64,000 bases of DNA from assembly GCA_012295275.1 (NCBI GenBank), contig CM022667.1, positions 20,026,001-20,090,000 on the forward strand, in the 5' to 3' direction. The notes under the pieces were generated by a model that saw only the letters and a list, made by a program, of their open reading frames with translations, did no database searches and was not told where the DNA came from. The number at the start of each line of letters is the position of its first letter. Within the stretch, counting starts at the first letter, position 1. The DNA is from Chrysomallon squamiferum (taxonomy: Eukaryota; Animalia; Mollusca). The translations under genes were made by a program, and so were the position numbers. Shown piece after piece: positions 1 through 14,405 of this stretch.

Positions 1-175
1 GTAGATTTAATTTAATGAAAAATAAATATTAAAATTACTTAGAACTGAAATACATGCCTGAGATATATATAAAATTAGGAAAATGATGATCTATAAATTA
101 TTATTCTGTACAGCAGTCAGAAACAGTAATAGATTTAAACTCTCCAAGTTCAATAATAAATTTCTCAGCAAAACA

Positions 176-390
176 AAATATTTTATTCTGCGACTCACTT
201 CACATATTGTATTCAGTTAAACAGCATCAGACCCAGAGCTATGGATCACTTGGATTGCAAGAGAGGAAACCCACTGCCACTATTTCAGGGCTACTCTTTC
301 CAGTTAGCAACATGGGATGTTTTATGTTCACCATCCCATGAACAGAACAGTTCAAACTGTGGTTGCTGGATTGAGAAATACCTCAATGAA
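176..390 (-). mobile_element. Decayed tRNA-derived SINE (Meta-domain-like core plus 3' tail) in spire intron 1
   Basis: The plus strand reads ...gagaggaaacccactgccactatttcagggctactctttccagttagcaacatgggatgttttatgttcaccatccca...gagaaatacctcaatg. This is the reverse complement of a SINE core I recall from gastropod genomes (..GCTAATCGGAAAGAGTAGCCC..GTGGCGACAGCGGGTTTCCTCTC..). The family assignment is from memory, not a search. Confidence 0.65.
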
Positions 391-2804
391 CATATTCAGA
401 AGTTTCTGTTTTGTACTATTGTAACACTAACAAAAGACACTTTCATAGAAGGTATTTTATTTATTATTTATTTCCATCCCAGTTTCTTTTTTTCTGGGTT
501 GTTTTTTTTTTTTGGTTTTTTTTTTTTTTTTTTTTTTTTATTTATTTTGATAGGAATTATGGATATAAAAATTTACATCATAAAACAGGAACATGAACAT
601 ATAAACCATCACTTTGTATATTGAGAATATTTAAAACATGTATGAAATAACTACTTTCACTGGACTCAGGCTGATCCATTTAGGTTCTCAATTAGACCAT
701 GAAAAAATAAAATAAAACAATCAAAAGAAGAAGGAAACAAGAACCACAGTAAGTCAGTCAGTCACTCCTCACTGTCCAGTTTTTCAATTAGTGACCAGCA
801 GGATTGGTCAGCCATCAGTCTCAGTGTAACACAACGGTCGATGTATCAGTTAATTTGATTTATTAGCAAGCCACGTAATATCCAAATTACTCTATGATTA
901 ATAGCTAACATGTTACTAACAAGATTTATATTAGAGCCCTCTTAAATCAACCCTTGCTGAAAGTAATAAAACAGCAAGCTGGGAAGAAAAAGAAAAGAAA
1001 CAAAATTCCAAGATAGCCAACATGTCCAACACATAATATAAAAATACCCAGAAAACACACCCATAAATAACAGAGATACATTTATTTTTGTAGATGTACA
1101 TTAGTGTTAATGGTTTTACATTCACAGCATGTATCTGACATTACATTAACTCACTTTTCTTATTTTTCAGTGACTCAATGTGTACCCAGGTAGGAAGTGA
1201 TACCCACACAGGTAAATCGTTTCAGAACAAAGCAGATATGAACTAAAAATAGGTTTGTGTTTAGCGTAAACCAGGGTGTGTTGAAACAAATAGCACTAGA
1301 TATGTGCAGAGCGAGACAAAGATACAGATTAAATATTTATTTAGTTACACTTTCTTGATAACAGCCAACCAGGTATTTACACCAGAAGGAAAAAACAGAT
1401 TATAACAATTTTTTACTCGGGTATGTTTTAAAGATGTAACAAGAAAGGAGTAATATACACCCTGAAGAATTGTGACAAAAACCAGGATATATTATACACC
1501 TTTTCTCATTTACTTATGAAAGGAATCAGTAACAGCCCAACAGGGTTTCATCGAGACTTAAGAAACCTGACATTAATGATATGTTACACACTAGATTTCC
1601 TCTCACATAAATTAAGAAAGATACACCACAGCACATACAGCATGACTCTGCACTTTGATTCAGGGATCAAGTAGTATTTATTGGGATACTGATACATGAA
1701 AATATTCATATTCCTTTTTGTCATAAATTTCATTTTCACAGCAGCATTAATATCTCAGTAACTCACGTGGTTACAAAAAACAGAACCTAGCTAAATACAG
1801 GTAATAACTGAAAATTCTATTTAAACTCAACTAATTTCTTCTGGTGTTTAGAAAAAGACTAGAAAAACATATTTTGCTCTTTTTTTTTTTTTTTTTTTTT
1901 CCTGTTTTTCTTCTTTTGTTATTGTTAGCTAAAGTATTTATGCAATTTTCTCCGACCAAATCAGAACAGCTAAAAAAAGTAACTGAATGACATGTTTTGT
2001 GAAACATAATCCCTAGCTTGATGCAGTCATATGTTAATATTAAGTTGATTTGAATAAATATGCAGAACAATTGTAAAACAGTGCATAGCCTGCTGCATTC
2101 ATCACCTTGTACTGGGCACTCAAACTCTTTCTGTAAATACAGTTACATTATTCTAAATTAATGACATGATACAAAAGGGTTCACTGAAATACTTTGAAAG
2201 TAATAACAAATGATTAAATTTACAATTTTATTCCTTTTAGATATAACCACTGTATTTTGTATTTATTTAACAGTATTTCAGCAAAGCTGTCATTAAAGCA
2301 AAAACTGGTAATTAATATTAAAATTTATGAAACTGTATGTATCATTGTATGTGTGTGAATGTATTTATAAATAACGAATAGAGAAGTAACTGTTTTGCTG
2401 TATATTTGCAAACATAAGAATTATGAGTGTTAAACAAAAGATATTTTTTTTTCTGTATAAATGCCCTTTACCACTATTAAAAGATTGTTGAGTTAAAATA
2501 TTTTATCCTGAATAAAATAGTTCAAAAAAAATATATGTGTCATTGTTGTTGGAGCTTGAACTTAGAATTATAACAAAGTAATACACTGTTACAGATTAGG
2601 TCTGTAAAACAATGTTATACAATGTTATACCTATGTTTAACAAAATCAGTCACCCTGAACTAAGCCAATGTTCAGTCTGTGTTAGAATATTATACCATGA
2701 TTCTTTGGAAATAAATAACAAATTACCTAGACACACTGTTATAAAAAATGTGTGTGTGTGTGCGTGCGTGCGTGCAAGTATGTGTGCATGGTTATCTATC
2801 TATC

Positions 2805-2836
<32 letters not shown>

Positions 2837-3310
2837 CACACACACAAACACATGCACAACTACATGTTATATATAAACATATTACAAATTCTATATACAA
2901 GTAAAATAAAAATATATAAATATTTATGTGTGCAGATCTGTTTTTGTTTGTCCCATATGTTGACAACATGTATCACGAGAAACTACATTTGTGTCTACAT
3001 CTAAAAACTGGCAACTGAAAAACAGTTTTATTCAGACATTAAACTCAATTGTCAGTTATATCACAGATTCTTGTATTAATATCATCAGATTTTCCTGACA
3101 GCACCTGCTCCATTTTATTTCATAAATAGCATATGTACTTGCATTCAGAACATGCATGCACTGTTTATAGGTTGGCTACTGTGCCAGGAAGAATTTGAAC
3201 TGAATAAAATGTTTACCATTCCATTCATTGTGTGAAAAAAAAAAAAAAAAAAAAAAAAAAAAGGAAAAAAAATAAATAAAATAAAATAAAATAAAATAAA
3301 AAAAAAATAA

Positions 3311-3371
<61 letters not shown>

Positions 3372-3380
3372 TAATAATAA
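3311..3380. repeat. (AAT)n microsatellite within an A-rich low-complexity tract
   Basis: Directly visible aataataat run; it is the source of spurious ORF 3176..3445. Confidence 0.9.
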
Positions 3381-4124
3381 TAATAAAAACAACAACAATA
3401 ATAATAAAAAATAAAAGAAAGAAATATAATGGTAATTTTAAGCAAAATAAATGATATTATAAAAATCTTATATCACTGTTTAACTGTTTAGAAATTTGAT
3501 ATCCTTAGTGCAGAAGTATAATTTCTGAAATCAAAGTTTTTTTTTTATCATTGTGCTCAAAAACACTACAGAATGTGACTAATAATTATAAGTTTTTTAA
3601 GCCACATTACTTTTTGCATAAATGTTAACAGAGGTAGAATATTTCAGTTTAAAATAATTCTGTGAAGTGTTTGTATGATGAATGTGTGTATCTGGAGATC
3701 AACAGAGTGTTTGAAGCCATTTATAAAATGTCAACATTTTAAAAAAAGTCAATAATTGTGTCATATTACTGTTAAAAATAACAATTTGGTAACAAAATCC
3801 ATAATGTACTTTATGCCTTTTAAGTTTGAAGTGTGGAAAAAAAATGTATTGATTATACTTGTCTAACAAAGTTAAAATTTAATTTTCAATCTGCAGTATT
3901 AGAGTTATATATCTTTTTTATACAGTCCAGTTAAATTCAGTTCACTGTATTTGTATAACATTACATTTGTTAGATTATTGTTCATATAGTTAGATATTGT
4001 TTAAAGTGATAATCATAACATAAGTTTCAGATTTAATGTTTATTTGTTTTATAGATGTGTCTGGAATCAACACGAAATAAATAAATAAATAAATAAATAA
4101 AATAAGTAAATAATTTAAAACACA

Positions 4125-4165
<41 letters not shown>

Positions 4166-4948
4166 TTCAGTAAGCTTTTAACCAGTGATTTAATAACTGG
4201 GTGCTTATTTTGATTAGAGGTTACCAGACAACATACACACTAAATACTAAATAAACTGATACTGATAAAAAAAAAAAACAATTAATAAAGATCAAAAGAA
4301 TGTAAATGAATAAATTAGTTAATTATGATGTATGCAGCAACAAACTGTTATTCCAGACTGCGAATACTGCTAAAAACAAAATGAACAGAACCAGTGAAAG
4401 ATGTGAAGAGTTTAAAAACCTGTTCAATCAGATATGTATGTTTACATGCTTTACTCTAATCACTGTCACAGCTTTTAAAACAACTCAACTGAAGTAGTTG
4501 ATGATTCCTGATTGCTTTATATCCAGAGAGAGTTTGATTCAGAGGATCAGAGACTGATGGTATTTCCATGATTTCATCAAACAAATGTTATCTTAAAAAT
4601 AAGGCCAAGCATTCTTTATTTTAAGTTATTCTTAAAGTGAATTTCATAATTATTACTTGTTTTTTATGGTCACATGGATGTTCTTGAACTTAATCATTGT
4701 TAATAAAATTTGTTTTTTTTTCTTTTTTTTTTTTAAACAAAGGAAAGTGAAATTAGTTGTATTATATAACCAGCACTTTTTAAATATTTTACCTGTTCTG
4801 TATCTAAAGGTTTAATATAAAAACTCTACATTACACTGTTATTACTCAAACAAAATTTTTACATCTATTAAAACATTTAAAATTTTAATGTTAAATGATC
4901 CTTTTTAATCTCTTTTCACATATTTGTTACAGTATTAATAACATAATA

Positions 4949-5050
<102 letters not shown>

Positions 5051-7239
5051 ATGTGTCTGAGCAAGTTTTACAGTGTGGGAATGTATTAGTTACAGAATAA
5101 ACTACAAAACATATTTTAGTTATTTATGAACAACAGCTGAGTCAGACAACCTCAAATTTCATTAAACAGCATTTGCTGTGGGTTTTGTTTTTCTTGTCTT
5201 GGTTTTATTTAAAATTAATCTCTGAGAAATGAGATATATTCACAGTTCAATATTTTGATTGTCATTCCTATATGCAATCTATGTTATTCACAAACACAGC
5301 TATATCCTAATTAAAATTTTCACAGACTGTTTAACACAGAAAAAATAGGCTAAAAACCAACATTATTTTTTTTTTAGAAATATCAAATATGATAATCTAT
5401 CTGTAACACATAATTAAGCTAATAAACTGAACACAAAGCTATATTGTAATTTACTGACAAAGGCCTTTCATGCTTTAACGGTCATCGCAACCCTGGGAGT
5501 TCGGGCAGGAATTCCACATCCAAAATAAAAAAATTCAAAATGTGACACCTAAAATGTCCATCAGATTACAGAGGGCTCTGCCACCTGCTGATCCACACAA
5601 TGGTCAGTATAATAACCTAATTTTCAGTCAACAATAATGACCAGGCCACGCAGAGTTCAAAGCGAAATAACTACAGTCTTTTAATCAAAGCACATTTTCG
5701 GAATGGGACTGTAGATCATTGGGTGTGAAAGATAAATAAGAAGACTGTTTCAAATCAAGAGTTCAACAAAAAATGCACACTGTAACAGCAGTCACTTTTC
5801 TTTCTTTGAAAACAAAGACGAGAAAACAGAAATTTGGTTAACAGCAATTAATAAAATGACAAAGTTATTTGTACAAGTTTACAAAACTGGACATCCAAGT
5901 GATGATGCAAAAATGGGTTGTAATTGTAATATTCTACACATTACAAATAACAGTTTTATATTTGTTTGACACAAAAACAATTCTTGGAAATGTTATTTCA
6001 TTAGCATAATAATAACACAACACAGTTATCAAATTATTATTACTATTTCTTTTTGTAAAATTTACACTTTGTCAATATATATATAAAATTAAATTTGTCA
6101 AAAGCTGTCTAGTTGAGAAATACATGTGTTCAATACTGTTCCATCACAATTTCAGCAGAACACATTGACCCAAGTAAGTAACTGGTTTAAACAATGAAAT
6201 AACAGACAGGATTCAAACTGAAATTTTGAAAATAATCCTTACTTAAGAATAATGAAGAGTGTTAACATCACTCCATATATCACTGCCTGTAACAATGCTG
6301 CAATGTTCACAGTAACATACTGCCATAAATCAGAATTTCCAGTTGCTTTATAAAGGCCATCTGGAAATTAATCACTGAAGTGGATAGATTTGATTTCTGG
6401 CACTAAATCAAAGTAGACTAGCTTTGAATACAGATTCAGTCTGTTGAATGATATCATCTAATTATACATAACAAAAATTTCATTTTCTTTTATCTCCTTA
6501 ACATGTGCGTGTGCGTGCGTGTGTGTGTGTGCGTGTGTGTGAAGTTAAGGATGTGTTAACTCTAGAGTCTAAACAATGAATTTGGAATACTTTCTGTTCA
6601 GGATTCAAATGGCTGTTTAAAAAATAAATAATATATAAACAAAAATAATAATTTACTTGTATGTGATTATATGGATGTAGTTAATTGTTAGCTGGAAATA
6701 CGATATTTCCGAGTGTTTGCCTCAAACGAAGATAACACGTGACTGTCACTCTGTATAATAAGAGCGTTTCAAATATTTTCACTTTCGTTAGCATACAGCT
6801 ACTTTATTTTGAAAACACTACATGAAAGCTAACTTTTATTCAATATATACATTTTTTTTTTTATTATTATTATTTATTTTTTTTTTTTTTTTTGATTCTC
6901 AGTTTATCCGATCCCACTTAAATTTGAGTTAAACATAATTTTTAAAACGGTCATAAACATTTCAACATTTTTTTTTTCTTTCGTTGCGCTGAATAAAATT
7001 TTATTCTAAGTAATAAATATATTTTCTTAGTTTTACAGGTGATCTAAATGCAATACAATTATTTTATCATCCATCCGTATGTGTACAGTAGCCTATTATT
7101 TTCACGGTTTTGAATTTTCTGACATATACAATTATTAGTGTTTTAAAATAAATTTTATAAAGATAAATAAATAAATATATATATATATATATTCACAAAA
7201 CAGTCACAGTTTCATTCAGTGTATTATGCGGATACTTAC

Positions 7240-7507
7240 TGGGAGGGGGTCCTTTGCCAGATCCATTACTCAAGATGTTAATATGTATTTCCCCATCTTT
7301 TCCTAAACGTAACGATTCGCTTCCATATACATATAGTTCCTGATATTTCTCCTGCGGTTGTCCTGTTAAATAATACTGTGCACACTGATAACAGACAGCC
7401 CAGGCTTGCTCTTCGTTGATCGAATTGTTGAATACTTTGTTAATATCCGTAAATGAAATGTACTCTTTCTCCGCGATATCCAAGCGGCATATATCCATGT
7501 TAGCCAT
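7240..7507 (-). CDS. SPIRE: Protein Spire (actin nucleator), first coding exon encoding the start of the KIND domain; the gene continues beyond the left edge
   Basis: MANMDICRLDIAEKEYISFTDINKVFNNSINEEQAWAVCYQCA... contains the KIND-domain hallmark INEEQAWAVCYQ. ATG at 7507; donor A|GTAAGT at 7239. No further spire exon recognised in 1-7239 (long intron 1). Confidence 0.88.
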
Positions 7508-7700
7508 TTTCCGTCATACTGAGCGAATGTAGCACTGCTCCGCCGGTTGCCACAGTGGAAGGGGAGATAAACGATTAATTTACATTATAGTCTGTTCCCC
7601 ATTTCTATTGGCCAACTTCAAATCTGACCGACATTAAACCATGTGATTTTTTGTGTGCGGAGTTACTGACATTACGAATCGATTATTTTGAATATATTAG
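7508..7700 (-). promoter_or_regulatory. CpG-retaining spire promoter/5'UTR region with CCAAT box
   Basis: Local CpG enrichment immediately upstream of the ATG; ATTGG at ~7607 (CCAAT on minus). Confidence 0.45.
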
Positions 7701-7843
7701 GCAATTTCACACATAATTTGCTGTCATAATTTTTTTTTTTAAATGTTTTTTTTTAAAGTAAAGTTAACATTCGACAGGCCTTCGCGGTAAATTTCATGAC
7801 TTATCCCCAAAAATTGTTTAATCGGTAATTTCATTGAGTAAAC

Positions 7844-8037
7844 GGACAATTTCCCTCAGGACAGTTCCGCACAGGCCAGTTCGACACTACATGCTCGTGC
7901 GCATACACACACATGCGCGCACACGCGCACACACAACTCCACACAAGCAAATGTATACAAGCTATTAGATTTACTGTCAACATCGTCATCGTCATAATCA
8001 TTATTTTTATTTTTATTATTGTTGTTGTTGCTGATGT

Positions 8038-8069
<32 letters not shown>

Positions 8070-8081
8070 TACTACTACTAC

Positions 8082-8135
<54 letters not shown>

Positions 8136-8220
8136 GATTCTTGCCACGGACACTTATACAAATTTAAGAGTGGGAAATTATCCAAAATTTTCATTATGGA
8201 GTGGGGAATTGTCCTGGAAC
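7844..8220. mobile_element. Possible MITE relic with inverted subterminal repeats enclosing microsatellites
   Basis: GGACAATTTCCC (7844-7855) plus two degenerate copies face GGGAAATTATCC (8172-8183) and GGGGAATTGTCC (8203-8214). No TSD identified. Confidence 0.4.
8038..8131. repeat. Compound (TAC)n-(ATT)n microsatellite
   Basis: Directly visible; source of the poly-L/poly-Y spurious ORFs. Confidence 0.95.
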
Positions 8221-8504
8221 TATTATATTGAGTACTGTCGCCTCTAGGAACAAATCTTCCGCCGTTCTTACCGTGAACATATAATTTTCTTTTTTCTCCA
8301 CCTGACAGAATAACAATAATCAGCGCAGCAACCAAATTTCGGTCATTCTGTTACCACGTAAATACAGTACCTAAATATTTCAAAAATTACATTACATTTA
8401 CAGGTTGTGACACTTTCTTAAGTCCGTGCTCTTTAACCATTTAAATGTGAAGGTTATTACTCGTTTTAAATAAATAGTTCAAAATTTTCATATAAACCTC
8501 ATTA

Positions 8505-8540
<36 letters not shown>

Positions 8541-9817
8541 TATTTTTTTATAGATTTTTTGTAACAAAAAAAAAAAAAAAAAAAATAAGAAAAAAAGATA
8601 ATAATTAAAATAAATAAATAAATAAATAAGGGAATTAACTATGTCAAAAAAAAAACAATAGTGAATAAGCTACCAGTGTTATCGCCCTTTATCGCATAAT
8701 TTATCATTTTGTTAATATATTATTTTGAAAAAAGTGTCATTTGTTGAATGGTAATTTGTCATATTGTAGATTCTGTGGCAACTTCTAGAAAGTGAACCTA
8801 ACTTAAATCTATTCAAAGACACTAAATTTAAGACATTTAACAACAGTCATGCCAAATGTGTAAAACCTAATGAGGGTCATTAGGTTTTAAGTTAGTTGGA
8901 TAACAATACAGTTCATTCAAGAAATTCTGCTCAGAATAGAAACTTGATTTGTGGGAAGTAGACAGAATGGCCAGTGGCGGTGTAGTGTTTTAACATAAAT
9001 TATCATGTAATGTGTCAAACAATGACAGATGGCTGGAAGGTGTCAAAAAATGGGTTAATTTTTATATGCTTTAATGCAGACAATCCAAATATTTTCATAT
9101 TTTAAATTTTTGTGGAAAACATGCCTCTAAGTGAGAGTGCATTAAAACAGTATGTACATTCACATATTAAAAGACATATTAATTAATATTTTCTCAACAC
9201 AATTACATACTGTTCATATTTCTGCTAATGTTTTTAAATAAGGGTAATTCCAACCCAATGCAGCAATCATCATCAAAACTGTAAAATAAAAGCAAAACCA
9301 GAAAATAAGTAATTTTCATGTGTTTTATTTTTAGTCTTAAGTATGCAGCTGCTGAATAAGCAGGATATAACACACTGACCACTGGAAATGAAAATATCTA
9401 TTTTAACAAACTAATCAATATGTTACAATAAAACTTGGGTCTGCTCTTCAGTATTTCCTTTAAAACAAAACAAATAATAATAATGATGTAAGACAACATA
9501 ATAAATAAGGATAAAATTCAAGCCATTTTGTGCATTATTACACACAGTAACACAAGCAGGTACTCCCTCATTCAGACCTTCAACTCCCACTCGTATTCAG
9601 TTAAATATTTCTGTTATGATTTTTTAGTAATCAGTGTTACAATCTAATTAGCAATATTAGATTAAATCTCAGCTTAGTAATTTAATCATTGTGGTTTTAT
9701 AAAAATCTCTGGTTATTTTTTTTTGATTTATTTTCTTATTATTGTTTGGTTTCTTTCTTTAAAAAGAAATATATATAATAATAATAATAAACAAAATCAT
9801 AAATAAATTAATGAATA

Positions 9818-9820
<3 letters not shown>

Positions 9821-9865
<45 letters not shown>
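9821..9865. repeat. (AAT)n microsatellite
   Basis: Directly visible. Confidence 0.9.
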
Positions 9866-9866
<1 letters not shown>

Positions 9867-12800
9867 TCAATAAAAGCAATATTTAACAATAAACAAAAAA
9901 CATAAAATATATCCTAGCTATATAGAAAGTTAAGCAGACTTGTTCAGAAATCTGAATCAAGACACTGCAGAAAACACTAAATGCCCCTTTTTTGTTATAA
10001 ATAGTGTTAACCTTCATGCAGACTATGTAGTCAAATGAAATATTAGTTGTAAAATGTGTTTAAATTACTACCAATATCACTTTTCATTGGCAGTCAGTTT
10101 TTATAAGCCATATCCTTGTTAAACAACTGTCAGTTTAATGATCATACCAAACTAATTAACATGCTGTTTCTTTTCAAGTTAGTTTTTAATAATATGATAT
10201 GCCTATGATTTGTCATTTTAACATTGTAAAAACGTTAGAAATGATGAATGATTCAATAAAAAAAAAAAAAAAAAAAAAAAAAATTGTTTCTTTATTAACA
10301 CACCTGTTATATAACGTAACAATCAAACTATGGTTAAAGTAAAGCAAAAACAGATTTTAAAAAAAAAAGTAAAAAGAAAGAATTGAAAAGGAAAATCCTT
10401 TATTAATTGTTACAATCATAGGCAAATTACATGCAAGTAATGTTGAGTGAATGCATACATACATATTTTTATTGTTAATTGTAATGCACACATAATTATT
10501 TAATTTACTTACACAACTTACAGATTGCACAGCTCTAAAACATCCTATTCAAACTTAAAAAATAAAAAGTGTTTCATGATCTGAGAAAACAAAAACATAT
10601 TCGGCCTCGTGTTTGTTAATAAATTCATGCATAGCAGATTCTAATTAAGTTAATTAACAGTTACTTATGTTTTTAATTAACTGTTCATTAAATTTAATAC
10701 ACTTCTTTTTTTGTTCCCAAGGGATGTGGCAAGTATTTTTGTTATATTCTGACTAGCATTGATTCTGCAGAAATAAAACAATAGCTTTAGTGTATGCTAT
10801 ACTTGGAGACATTTGTCTGTTCTGTTATTTGCTACAACTAGCAGTCATTTAACCTCCTAAGCTACTCAATATTATGCATAAATACGCACTTACATACTTG
10901 TCCAAACTGTGGCAGTATTTGCACGATAAACAAATAGCTAAAACGAAATACTAGTATTGAATAAAATAATTTATACAAATAAATATCAAATTTTAATGGG
11001 TTTTCTGTTTTTTAATCATCAAGCATCCAAATAATATTTATTCAGAAAATAAAATTGCCAATGCTGTTTGTTTCAGTCTTCGGTTAATAGTCTTATTAAA
11101 TTGGTTTTTAAATAAAATAATATAATTATAAATATCACTAGTCCAGTAAATGATGTGAAGTAAACAGTTGTTTGTATTTAGGTCTTTTGATTTTTTTTCA
11201 GTTTTGGCTGAAGTAAAAAAAACTCCACAGACAAACAGCATATTAATCTAGAAAACAAGCTTTTTTTTTTTTTTAATTTTGAAATATTATTTGGTTAAAA
11301 TATATGAAAATTTTATTATTTTATTTTTTACAAATTTTACTTTGAATAAATCTTGCACTAGATGAAACTATTTCAGCATGGTTCAAAGAAGTAAGTCACC
11401 AGGCCAGTGAAAATGTTTTACTACATGTACAAGAAATCACACAAGTAGTGTGAATGTAAACTATCACACAAATGGTTGAAAATGTTTGCAATAAAGCTGA
11501 ATCTAGATGAAAATTTTTGCTCTGAAACATATCTGTTTGGACAAGTTTTTCCATGACTGCTCTATTTATGTAAAATGCTCACACTTTTAACTCTCTCCAC
11601 TTTAAAAAGATAGGGAAAAAAATAAATATTAATAATTTCTAATGTTACAAATGAAATGACTTGCTACTATCATGGCTACATATATTAACAATTTAGTTTC
11701 TTTACTAACTAGTGATCATTTCTAGAACTTGCGTCATCACAAACTGTTTTATATGTACAGTAATTTATTTCGCCAGGTTTTTTTAAACAGCTGTCAATTA
11801 ATGCATATTACACCAAATACCAGCCGGCTGGCTAAAATTAATTTGTGACATTTTAATCTAAAAAAAACAAACAAAAAAACTTAAATAAAGAATTTAAGTT
11901 TTTTGTTTGTTTTTTTAGTAAATGCAAAAGTTTTTGCAGATGACATTGTTAGAAACTGTAAGAAATATTTGTGTTTCCAACAATTACTTTTACTTTTTTC
12001 TTAAAATTTGTATACTTTTGTGCTGTAATATTTAACAGTTCGGTATAGGTCAATAAATTTTCAATTTTACTGTTACACTTTGACTGGAGCAAAATTTTTT
12101 ATGATTTATATATAACTGTTTTTTAATTCTTTTTTTTGTTTATACACTACCATACATATATACATAATATTACACTGCATACTATCCCCACCATCCTACC
12201 CACCCAAGTATTCATGGCACCCAGAGAACAATCTCCACACTGCACATTATTATACATGTAAACAATTAATCAACTATTTCTATAAAACAAGAAAACCAAA
12301 CGTCTAATTTGTTACTGGTGTATACGTTATACATTATTGGGTGTTTCAGAATGAAGATTATGTAACAGACGTGTACTTAAACGTGCTACTTGTCAGTGGT
12401 TATACAGAAGACTATAAAGTTAATCTATAAGCCAAGCAGTTCGTTGGAGACGGAAATCAGGGAAATAATGTGAACAGAAAGAAAAAATATATATTTGAGT
12501 CAGCAGTGGGAAATCAGAAATATTTTTAAAGGTGCATTATCTATAAATATTAAAAATAAAAATAAGCCTGTACAGAGAAAAAGACAATCTTTAAGACACA
12601 TTGAAGTATATATATCAAATAGCTACAGCCTGCAAATCAAACTGAAATCTCTACTGTTAATTTTACGAACTGAAAAATAACTACATATACAATTATTACT
12701 AATTAATAGATCACGTTTAAGGTTATAAAGATCATAAAATGCAGCACTGAAAAAGTAAATTGTAAGGTCAAGAAATAAAACAGTTTTTTAATTCATACTG

Positions 12801-14405
12801 TCTATCATAGATTTATTGTAAATGTATAATCTTTTGAGGATACACAAGGTAAGATAGATATGCTGATAGAGACATGATTGGCTACATGAAAGACTGTGTT
12901 TTAAACAATAATGATAAAAAATAAAAATATACAGAGCTGAAACTGATATATATCCTATTTACATAAATCGTTTCCTCTCCTTACCCTTAGCTATTTTATT
13001 TTATTCTGTTACTATTATTTTTACTCTGCATACATCAACTCACAACTTGTTTTGAAATGATAAAAAACTGAGTAACAACGATATCTTGATTTCCTAAAAA
13101 CAAATCAAAGCTGAACATTTATGTCAATGGCAGTTATACATTATAATTCAATTAAAATTTAAATCAAATAAACAAGGGAAGCACACAACTATTTCATAAC
13201 CAAAAAAAAAAAACCAGAAACATTACTTTTTATTAATGGGAGATATTTTACAAACATTCCAACTAATGATAAATAATGCCAGTATTATTGAGGAGTCAAG
13301 TAAATTGTCAGTCACTTCATACATAACTTGTTCAGAACAAAACACATAATTCTGCACATTACAAATGCTGTCTAAAATTTACTGCGGAAAAATGGGTAAG
13401 CCAGACAAGCAAGCCCTATTATAAATAACAAGGAACAATTAAAGTATGTGCAGGTGCATACAGATGAAATTTTCAATTCATTTGTAGTCTTATCTTTGTC
13501 ACAAAAAATAATTTTTATCATTTACATCATTTGTTAAAGAAGCATGGCTTGCTTTAATGGACAGACTTTTGTGAGTACAAATATATATATATATATATAT
13601 ATATAAATATATATGTACACACGCTTATAATTATTTCTGCTTTAAATAAAATCTACAACAAATTTAAATAACTGAAACTACCTATCAACTCAAGTCAGAA
13701 TTAGGAGGTTTTAAACTTGTTCAGTGGTCCCTATTCTATATAAAACTAAAAACAACTAACAATAGTTTTGTGGAAGCTGTAAATTAAAAAAAAACAATTC
13801 TTCTCAAAATAAACAATGGTTTGGTTTGAAACAAATAAATAACAAAGAAAACAACAGAGACCACATTAAGATAGAACTAAAATATTAGTTTGGCAAGGAA
13901 CTAGTGCTTATTTTGTATATGTAATAGGTTAAAAGTGTGTGTAATGGCAAAAGTAAAAACTATTTTAAGGAGTGTGTGCAGAACAGATTATATTTAAATG
14001 TTTCTTATAATTTATGACACTCATCACAACACATCATTGCAAAGCAAAAGATTTGAAAATTTATAAATAAAAAACAATTACATTTTCAAATGCTAAAACA
14101 TATGTGAATAATCTATTTATCTTTTTAGGACACTTTCCTTTTCAATAAATAATATAGTAATTATTATATGTTTTCTTTGAGGGGGAAAAAAAAAAAAAGA
14201 GAGAGAAAGAGAGAGAGAGAGAGAAAAAAAAAGACCCATGCCATATCAAAAAAATGTCCTTTGCAGCAAGATACTGCAAATTACACTTTTTGTATGTGTG
14301 TTTTAACTGCTCCATTAACAATCTACAATTTGCTTTCTTGCACTCTGGACCACACCTTAGAGCAGTTACTCCCTTCAAACAGTACAATTAAAAAGGGGGT
14401 CTTAA

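Noticed and set aside
12330-12480. Exon-like stretch after tttcag (NEDYVTDVYLNVLLVSGYTEDYKVNL*)
   Set aside because: No recognisable homology and no partner exons.
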